From Thecamonas trahens ATCC 50062 (lineage: Eukaryota > Protista > Apusomonadida): DNA of 15,679 nt. Of the stretch, positions 7,937 through 15,679 are shown piece after piece. A model generated the notes under the pieces. The model did no database searches, was not told the DNA's origin, and was given only the letters and a program-made list of their open reading frames with translations. Both the position numbers and the translations under genes were made by a program. The DNA lies in NCBI RefSeq assembly GCF_000142905.1, contig NW_013657608.1, positions 1-15,679 of the forward strand, in the 5' to 3' direction. Numbering within the stretch: position 1 is the first letter of the stretch; each line of letters starts with the position of its first letter.

Positions 7937-10811
7937 ATGCACAGGGAGAGTCAGCACATGCTGTGTGTTGCAGGAATGGTAGTGGCCATGGTCATGGTCG
8001 CCCTCCTCCCGTCGCCCGCATCCGCCTCCCTCGCCAGCCGCACCTCCTCGGGCCTCCTCTACTACTACCCGTTTGCGGCGTGGGCAGGTAGCCAGCCGCA
8101 GTGGGCGCTCTCGGCCACCAGCTCTTTCTCGGTCGATCCTCCGTTCCTCGTCTCAAACGCAACGTTCCATCACTCGCTCTCGGCGTGGGCCCCGCCGCAC
8201 GCTCTCGCTGTCTCGGCCGACACTGTTGCCGCAAAGCCCGTGGCGACCTCGGGCAACATCCTCGACGCCCGGGCGAGGTTCGCCGGCTCGGTCCACACCA
8301 CGGGCTTCTCGCTCGAGCTGTGGATGACCCTTCCGGATCCGCTGCCGGTGCCCGCGGCCAACGCCCGGCTCGCTGTCTTTTCTTCCGACATTGTCGACGA
8401 GTGCGACGTCGATGCTCCGCTGCAGCTCTACTACGCAGGCTCAGGCTCGGTCGTCCTGCGCCTGGCGCAGAGCAACGCCGGCTCGCCGTACTGCACCACC
8501 ATTGTGTCGGCTGCAGGCGTGCTCACTGCCGGCGGAACCCATCACTTGCTTGTCTCTGTACCTGCTGCAGACACCGCTGCTGCCCCCTACGGCAACATCC
8601 GCCTCTACGTCGACTCGGTCCTCGTCTCGAGTGACGGAGCCGAGACTGAGCTTGTCTCGCCGCTCACTGGCGGCGCTTGGGACGGCTTTGGCAGCAAGAC
8701 GCTCACCCTTGGCTCTACCGGCCAGGGCGCCAGCGTCTTCCGCGGGCTCAAGTTCCACCAGGCTGCCATCTACGGCAAGCCGCTCTCCGACAGCGAGCGC
8801 GCGCTCAACTACGCAGTTGGCCCGTACAACAACCCGCCGACCGCAGCGTCCGCCACCGTCGCCGCCGTCGAGGACACCGACACCGTGGTGACCCTCGCCG
8901 GCTCAGACGTAGACGTCGGTGACAGTGCAAGGCTCGCCTTCCGTGTCGCCTCGCTCCCCACCGCCGGCACGCTGTACCAAGCGCTCGTCGCCGGCTCGCC
9001 GCCGTCTGTCTCGATTGTCCGCGGCGCCGCCATCACCACCGCAGGCACTTCAGTCACCGACGCCGGCGGCCGGGTAGTCTACGTTCCGCCGCCCGATGCC
9101 CACGGCACCTCCCTGGCCTCGTTCACCTTTGCCGCGACAGATGGCGAGGCGTGGTCAGCCGCGGCGCCGATCGTCTTTGACGTCTCGTCGGTCAACGACG
9201 TGCCCCGCGTCACTCTCGCCACGCCCGGCACCCTCACCGGCTACTGGGCCGCTCCGCTTGACGTCTCGGCCTTTACCGTCAGCGACGCCGAGGACGACAT
9301 CCTCACCGTGACCGTAGCAGTCCAGCACGGCCACGTCAGCATTGCGGCCGTCGGCGGCCTCACCCTCACGGTCGGCGCCTTCACCGGCGCGCCAGCCATC
9401 ACCTTTGCCTGCGCGGTCGCAGACTGCAACACCGCTCTGGCGTCAATGTCGTACACCGCGCTGGCGGCAACCGCTGCTCTAGCCACCTCGGACGCGCTGA
9501 CCGTCTCAGTCACCGATGTCCACGCCGGCCTCGCCGCGTCCGCGGCGTCGGTCTCCATCAACACCGCCGCCGCGCCGCCGACAGTGGTGGCGCCTGGCCC
9601 CGGTCCGCTCACCGTCGCTGTCTCGGACACGCTCACGATTACCGGCCTCTCGGTCACTGCCGCGAACACAGCGACAAGCACCCGCCAGTTGAGCTGCACC
9701 CTCGCCACAGCCTCCGGCCTCATTACGCTGCCGAGCCTCGCAGGCTCGGGCGCAAGTGTGAGCCATGGCTCAGCTGCGGCGGCGACCTCGGTGACAGTCG
9801 TCGGAACTGCCGCGCAGGTCACCGCGGCATGGGCGAGTGCCACCTACCGCACCCTCCTTGCACCACCTACCGGCTCGCCGGGCAGTGACACTCTCACCGC
9901 CAGCTGCGGCCTGTATCTCGTCGGCACGCTCTTCCCACCCGGCGCCGCAGCAGTGAGTGACTCGGTGGCCATCCACGTGCCGGTCCTCTCGCCGCCGACC
10001 ATCAGCGCTCCTGGTGCACCGTACACCATGGCTGCAGGCGCAGCGTTCTTCACGTTTGCACCGCCGCTCACGGTGGCTGACCCGGACGCTCCGGCGTCGT
10101 CCAAACTCGCGCTGACCATATCGGTTGACGTCGGCTCGTTCTCGTTTGGCTCGCTCGGATCAGCTTCGCTGCTTGTCGGCAGCGGGCGTGCCGACGAGGC
10201 CGCCATTGTCGTCGGCACCGCTGCCGAGATCAATGCTGCGCTGGCCACACTCTCGTACACGCCAGGCGCAAACCCAGACGGCGCCGCGTCGGGCGTCTTT
10301 ACCCTCGACGTCGCCGAGGGCGCGCCGGGCTACTTTTCTTTCTCGCTCAACGTGCCGGTAAGCCTGCCTCCCACGCCGGCAGGCGCGTACGTCATCTCGC
10401 AGCCGGCGGTCGTCGCACCGCAGCTGCTCACGCCGGTCCCGGTCGGGCCGGCTGTCGAGCTCTCGTCGCCGGTAGCGTCAACAGGCGCGCCGGCGGTCCT
10501 TGTCTCGGTCACCGCCGCGGCAGGCGTGTTCTCGTTCGGTGGAACGAGCCTGCCGGCCGGCGCCGTCTTTGTCCGCGGCGCGCCGACCGGTCTCCACACC
10601 GACCTCGCCTTTACTGCCGCGGTCGATGACGCCAACATGGTCCTCGACGCCCTCATGTACACCGCCATCACCCGCGGCAGCGACACCATCCAGGTCACCG
10701 TTCGGCATGCTGGCTCGCCGCGTGACAGCGACGACGCTACCGCCAGCATGCCAGCAACCACGATCAACCCGCCGCCGCCGCCGCCGCCGTCACCGCCGCC
10801 GCCTCCACCGC

Positions 10812-10842
<31 letters not shown>

Positions 10843-11614
10843 GCCGGTAGTCGCCGCCGTCCCGCCGCCGCCCGAGGTCTCGGACTCAACTCGTGCAGTC
10901 GTCTTTGTCCTCGTTGGCCTCGCCGTTCTCGTCTTTTGCTTTGGCGTCGTCTGCTACTGGTGCGCGCGGTCCAAGACCGAGAACGTTCCGGACTTTACTC
11001 ATCTCGAGTTGTTCGAGAAGGTCGAGGAGGGTCACGGCAGCGCCGACGCTACCCAGCCGGCGCCGCGCTCGGCCGAGTCTGACAACGAGCCCGAGCCCCC
11101 AGTCACAGCTGAGCGTCAGCGGCGGACGCCGGCAAAGCCAAAGCCGGAACCGCAATCCGAGCCTCAGCCGGTGCCACAGCCGGCACCAGTGCCACAGCCG
11201 GCGCCGGTGCCCGGGTCGACCGCGCCCGAGACCGAGGCCAGAGCCGAGACCGAGACCAAGGCCGAGGCCGAGAACAAGAAGCGCCGCCGGCGGTCGTCAC
11301 GCCGCAGCGCTGCTGGTGAGGCCGGTGCCTCATCCGCAAGTGCCAGTGCTGCAGCGGGCTCTCAGCCGGTCACCGCCTCAGCCGTCGCGGCCTATCAGCT
11401 CTCGTCCTCTGACGACGGCGGTGATGCCGGCCCACTGACGGTGTCGGACATCACAGTCACAACCGGTGCCGCCCCCGCCCCCGCCCCCGCCCCCGCCCCC
11501 GCCCCCGCCCCTGCCCCTGCCCCCGCTCCGGCCGCACCCCAGACCTGGGACATGTCCACGTCCTCCTCAGTCTCGATGCCCGTACCCGCCCGCGCTCCGC
11601 CTGCCTTGAGCTAG
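7937..11614 (+). CDS. Type I membrane surface protein: signal peptide, LamG/concanavalin-A-like domain, cadherin-like (Big_9-type) domain plus four bacterial-adhesin-like repeats, Pro-rich stalk, TM helix and low-complexity cytoplasmic tail (1225 aa)
   Basis: Hydrophobic N-terminus (MLCVAGMVVAMVMVALLPSPASA). LamG hallmarks FSLELWM, HHLLVSV, IRLYVDSVLV, LTLGS and FHQAAIYGKPLS at ~8050-8825. Cadherin-like NNPPTA..VAAVEDTDTVVTLAGSDVD...FTFAATDG...VNDVP at ~8827-9205. Poly-Pro stalk at 10769-10846. TM helix AVVFVLVGLAVLVFCFGVVCYWC at ~10895-10963. Confidence 0.85.
10769..10846 (+). repeat. Coding CCG-rich repeat encoding a Pro-run/Ser (extensin-like) stalk
   Basis: Translates to PPPPPPPSPPPPPPPSPPPSPPPPPP, shortly before the TM helix. 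Confidence 0.85.
11471..11530 (+). repeat. Coding hexanucleotide repeat (GCCCCC-like) x10 encoding (AP)10
   Basis: gcccccgcccccgccccc... with a few gcccct/gctccg variants at the 3' end, in the cytoplasmic tail of gene 3. Confidence 0.9.
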
Positions 11615-11767
11615 CAAGCCCCGGGCGTCCGCCGCCCCGAAAAAAAAAATGACAAACACCCACCGAACATCGACCGACCGCCATAATGCGACTCAGACCG
11701 GTAACGGTACCTGTCGACGGTCACGCCCGACCGCCACACCCATGCCGACACACGCGACTCGGCAGAC

Positions 11768-14700
11768 ATGGCAGCCCATCCGCGTAAGTTGCAGGGCAAG
11801 GAGAGGGGGAGGGGGAAGCAGGGGGAGGGACTGTGGCGTGCGGTGTGGCGAGCATGACTCATGCCTGTGGTGGCGGTCGGTGGCTGGAACCGCAACCTGG
11901 GAGGGGGGGGGACAGGTCGGCTCGACGATGTGACAGAGCGTGAGCTGCGCAAGGTCTTCTCGCTCCTCGATGCTGACGGATCCAACGCGGTTGATGCAGC
12001 AGAGCTCGGGACGGTCCTGGTCCGGCTGGGACATACGCCGTCGGAGGAGGAGGTTCAGACGCTGCTGATGCAGATGGACTCGGACGGCGATGGCCTCGTC
12101 TCGCTGCAGGAGTTTCTGGCAACCATGCGGAGCTGGCTCTCCGAGGACGATGAGACGCAGCGCGGGGTGAAGCGCAAGGCTACCGCAGGGCTCTCGGCAG
12201 ACGTGGCCCGGTTCGACATCCACCGCCGGATTGCGCGCTACTTTACCCAGTTCCAGGTCGCGCGCGCATCCGACTTTGACGACGTCCGCGCACGGCTCCG
12301 TCCGTGGCTTGCAGACGCCGACATCGAGACCATGGTGGCAGCGGGCAGCGCCGGCGGCGCCGAAATCGACGTACCTGGCTTGGTCACCGCGGAGGCGTCT
12401 GCCGCCGACAAGGCCGCATTTATGGAGGTCTTCCGCGGCGGCTCCCTCGATGAGCTGTCCAAGAGCCTCGCCAAGGCCAAGACAATTGATCAAGCGCAAG
12501 AGCTGATGGAGGTGGTCAACAACTTGCTCCGCATCATGGTGCTCTTTGCCACACCAAGCGAGCGCCGCGAGGTGGCGGACGACATCCTGGCCCTCTTTGA
12601 CATGCTCGACAGCCACATCCCGCGCTTTGTCCACTTTCTCTCCTTCAACTCGCCGGCGCTCCAGTGGGAGGTTGCGCGTGCGCTGCGGTACATGGCCGGC
12701 GGCCCATCCGTGGCGCTGGTGCCGGAAGAGAGCAACATGGCGCTCGGAACCGAGTACTTTAAGTCGCGGATGGTCGCTGCCGGCGTCCTCCCGCTCCTCG
12801 TCACCCTCCTCGAGTCGACGTACTCGGGCCTCCGCGAGGCCGCCATGCAGACGCTGGGTGCCATTGCGCGGCGGCACGAGACGTACCGCACCGCAGTCAT
12901 CGAAGCTGGCGCGCTCCTTCCGCTGGTGGCGTCGTTTGTTGGCTGCCTGGCGCCGTCACGCCCGCGCGGCTTTGTCGCCCGCGGCACGTGGGTGCTCGCC
13001 ATTCTCTGCGGCGCGACTCACGAGTCGCCGCCCGCCTGGGACGATGTTGGATCTGCCGTCACCGTCCTCATCGATTTGCTCCTCGAATGGGGCCGGACCG
13101 AGATGCCCGAGTCGGCGCTGGCCAACGTGCTCTACGGCCTTACCTTTGTTCTACCAGGCGTGAGCCACAAAGTCACTGCCCAGGTGTGGAGCAAGCTGCT
13201 GCATCTTGCGCGGAGCAGCAAGGCAAGCGTCGCCGCCGCGGCGCTCGACTGCGTGGCTCGCCTCTTGGTCGACGACGACATCATGGACGCGCTGCTGCGG
13301 GAGCGGCTCTTTGAGATCCTTGCTGAGGTTCTTTCGGCGGAGCAAAGCACGAGTTCGGTGCTCGACGCAACGCTGCGGGTGCTGACAGTTTTGGTCGGGC
13401 TCAAGCGTGCTGTGTATGGTGTGCTGGAAGCCAAGCTGGTCCCGAGGCTGGTCGAGCTAGTCGTCGAGGCGCCTGCGCAGCGGGCGCGGGCGCTGCATGT
13501 TCTGCGGCTCTGTGCGCAGGGCTCGCCGGCCCAAGTCCGGCTGCTCGTGCACGAGTTTTCGCTCATCGCGCTCTTTGCCTCGTCCCTCACCCTCTTTCTC
13601 GAGCACGACAGTGTGCTCCAGTACGTGTACGGGTACTCGGGCCCGGCACTCAACTACGACCTTGTTCTCGACGCGCTCGCTGGGCTAACCGCCATCCTCG
13701 AGTCGGGGCACGCCGCGGTCGAGGTTGGTGCCGCCACCGTCAACGAGCACGCGCTGCTGTTCACCACCACCGACTGTGCCGCGCTCGGCCAGCTGATGGA
13801 AGCACTTGTGAGCTCCACGCCGAGTGCGGTAGTGGCGGCGTGGCGGAACCTGGTGCCGGTCGGCCAGAGCGCAGCGGAAGATTTGGTCTTCAACATCCTC
13901 GCCGTTGTCGCCGAGGCGGCGGGCAGCCGGCCAAGCGATCTGGTGGCGGAAGAGCTGAGCAGCTGCGCAGGTGTGCTCCTGCACAAATACTTTCGCAACC
14001 GACCGCAGGCGCGAACAATGCAGGTCTCCGACCCTCAACCGGCGCGGCGGCTGCTGATCAAGTGCGCGGCGCGCGGCGAGGAAGAGGTGCGTGTTCTGGA
14101 CCTGCCGCGCGAGGCCACGTTCGCGGATCTGGCTGCCGGGCTGGCAGAAAAGTACGGCCAGCCCATGGTGGCCAAGTTCCGCGACGACGACGGCGATGTG
14201 GTGGCCATCGGGTCGGACGCCGAGTTCCTGGCGGCGCTGGAGCACTTTCGCGGCAAGGTTGCGCCAAAGCTCGAGGTGAGCGCCAAGCCGGCATCGCGGG
14301 CCCCGAGCCCGGAGGCAAGCCGAGCCGAGCGGCCGCGAGCGGTGAGCCTTCGGACCGAGTCGGTCCGCCACAAGTACGAGCTGTTCGAGTCGCTGGGTAG
14401 TCTGGCGGCGCCCGCACTCGCCACCGTCCTCGAGCTCCACGACAAGTGGGTGGCCCGCACCGGATCGACCCAGGGCAAGCTGACGATGGACCAGTTTTCC
14501 GACGGCCTGCGCCATCTTGGGTGCACCGACCCGGTCGTCATTGCCGAGCACTTTCGCGCCTTTGACGCCGACTCGTCGGGTGCCATCGACTTTCGCGAGT
14601 ACCTCGTCGGCCTCTTGGCCCATGTCGGCTCCTCGACCGAGGAGGAGCGGCTGCAGGTCATGTTCCGGACGTACGACAGCAACGGTGACGGGTTCCTCTC

Positions 14701-14893
14701 GCGCGATGAGCTGTACGCCATGTTTGTCTCGGCCGAAAAGGCGCAGGCGACGTACACTGGCGACCGCGACACGTGGGAGCTTGTCGACGCCACACTCGGT
14801 GCGCTCGATGCCGACGGTGACGGCCGCATCTCGCTCGATGAGCTACGTGCCGGCGTCGCCTCGGGCAAGTTGCAGCTGTTTGTAGTCGAGTAG
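11768..14893 (+). CDS. EF-hand pair / importin-alpha-like ARM repeats / PB1 / NCS-calcineurin-B-like EF-hand protein; proposed model join(11768..11783,11916..14893), 997 aa
   Basis: N-terminal EF loops DADGSNAVDAAE and DSDGDGLVSLQE with a calmodulin-like linker (LGHTPSEEEV). ARM repeats IPRFVHFL..PALQWEVARAL, AGVLPLLVTLL..LREAAMQTLGAIA and GALLPLV..TWVLAILC. PB1 LLIKC...KFRDDDGDVVAIGSDAEF at ~14050-14280. C-terminal EF loops DADSSGAIDFRE, DSNGDGFLSRDE and DADGDGRISLDE. The alternative unspliced start is 11861. Confidence 0.85.
11784..11915 (+). other. Predicted 132-nt phase-1 spliceosomal intron, G-rich
   Basis: GTAAGT donor at 11784 follows gacATG GCA GCC CAT CCG C. Acceptor gaCAG ends at 11915. 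Splicing gives C|GT CGG CTC GAC, i.e. MAAHPRRLDD, in frame with the main ORF. Confidence 0.7.
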
Positions 14894-14959
14894 TCGTAGC
14901 CTCCCTCCTCAACGATACAGTACATGATGCAGCTTCCATCACTCTGCTGCCTGATCGCG

Positions 14960-15502
14960 TCAGAGCTCGCGGAACGTCGCTTCGCTCCGCGAGCAGCCGG
15001 CAGTCCAGCCGAGGCTGTTGGCCGGCGGCTCGAGGCAGACACCGTCGATGCAGAACCGCGACGGCTCCCCGCTCTCCGGGTTGACGCATTCGCCGAAGGC
15101 GCCGGCGTCGCGGAAGACGTGGCCGAGGTGCATGCCGCAGGCGGCACAGCGGACTGCTCGCGAGCCAGCTGGCGAGCAGACGGCGCCTGCCACCACAGGG
15201 CGGGTGAACGAGGGCCAGCCGGTGCCGGACTCGCACTTGTCCACCGCAGAGAAGATCGGCGCGCCGCAGCATCGGCAGGCAAAGACGCCCGTGGTGATGC
15301 CCTTGCAGCGGTCGGTAGGCTGCTCCGCCGAGATCGACTGGCGGAGGCAGACGTCCGTAAAGAGCGCCAGATCAGGCGTAGGCGAAGCAAGGTGCGAGCA
15401 AGAGGTTGGATGCAGCGGCGGGCAGGCTTGGAGCATAGTCGATTGAGCCACATCTGTGACTGCGATGAGGACGATGACGGCGACAGCGATGTGGTACATC
15501 AT
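14960..15502 (-). CDS. msrB: Peptide-methionine (R)-S-oxide reductase MsrB, Cys-rich, with predicted signal peptide and C-terminal FREL (180 aa from ATG 15502)
   Basis: GVFACRCCGAPIFSAVDKCESGTGWPSF, VRCAACGMHLGHVF and RFCIDG match the MsrB/SelR signature: two Zn-binding CxxC pairs, GWPSF, HLGHVF and the catalytic RxC. The N-terminus MMYHIAVAVIVLIAVTDVAQS is hydrophobic. The exact 5' end is uncertain. Confidence 0.88.
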   Translation of the reverse strand: MMYHIAVAVIVLIAVTDVAQSTMLQACPPLHPTSCSHLASPTPDLALFTDVCLRQSISAEQPTDRCKGITTGVFACRCCGAPIFSAVDKCESGTGWPSFTRPVVAGAVCSPAGSRAVRCAACGMHLGHVFRDAGAFGECVNPESGEPSRFCIDGVCLEPPANSLGWTAGCSRSEATFREL

Positions 15503-15679
15503 GGACGACAAGATCGAGACGGGTGCGGCTCTGTGTACCCGGACCACCCACGACCCACATACCAACCAACCAACTGGTGTACACCACCCACCACCATAAC
15601 CACAGCCCACCACACCATACTCCCCGATCCCGCTCTTCGTGCACCAGACTCCCCCGTCCGGGTTGATCCCCCGGTCGAT

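Noticed and set aside
11640-11649. A10 run as a retroelement tail or terminator
   Set aside because: No target-site duplication or element body is visible. It is most simply a homopolymer in the 3'UTR or intergenic region of gene 3.
11861-11915. Unspliced start MPVVAVGG... of the 1010-aa ORF
   Set aside because: It falls inside a predicted GTAAGT...CAG intron that gives an in-frame alternative. Disfavoured but not excluded.
14957-15060. Selenocysteine recoding in msrB
   Set aside because: The catalytic residue is encoded by TGC. The TGA follows a plausible terminal xxEL motif, and no SECIS could be identified by eye.
104-15502. The five genes as one co-functional cluster or operon
   Set aside because: Mixed orientations, unrelated predicted functions and compartments, and eukaryotic gene structure. 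Tight spacing is explained by genome compaction.
15503-15613. 37-aa N-terminal extension of MsrB
   Set aside because: Low-complexity G/T-rich translation with a non-ATG start. The signal-like segment begins at the Met-Met at 15502.

Overview
GC-rich, very gene-dense and almost intron-free eukaryotic DNA, probably from a unicellular protist. The style is reminiscent of the apusomonad Thecamonas, but that is a guess. Five protein-coding genes are supported: (1) an uncharacterised 2OG-Fe(II) dioxygenase-like protein (+); (2) a ~2050-aa protein with ankyrin repeats, two PH domains, a CLU-central-like region and TPRs (-); (3) a type I membrane protein with a LamG domain and bacterial-adhesin-type cadherin-like repeats (+); (4) a multidomain Ca2+ sensor built from a calmodulin-like EF pair, importin-alpha-like ARM repeats, a PB1 domain and an NCS/calcineurin-B-like EF block (+, probably with one short 5' intron); (5) a Cys-rich MsrB with a signal peptide and an xxEL C-terminus (-). 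A 32-copy 10-bp GATCACCAAT array fills the divergent spacer between genes 2 and 3. Sense-strand C-tracts precede genes 1-3, and the convergent genes 1 and 2 end only 7 bp apart. No RNA genes, CRISPR arrays or mobile elements were recognised. The most novel candidates are the EF-ARM-PB1-EF protein, the CCAAT/ApT array and the bacterial-type adhesin receptor. All domain calls are by-eye motif recognition, not database searches.
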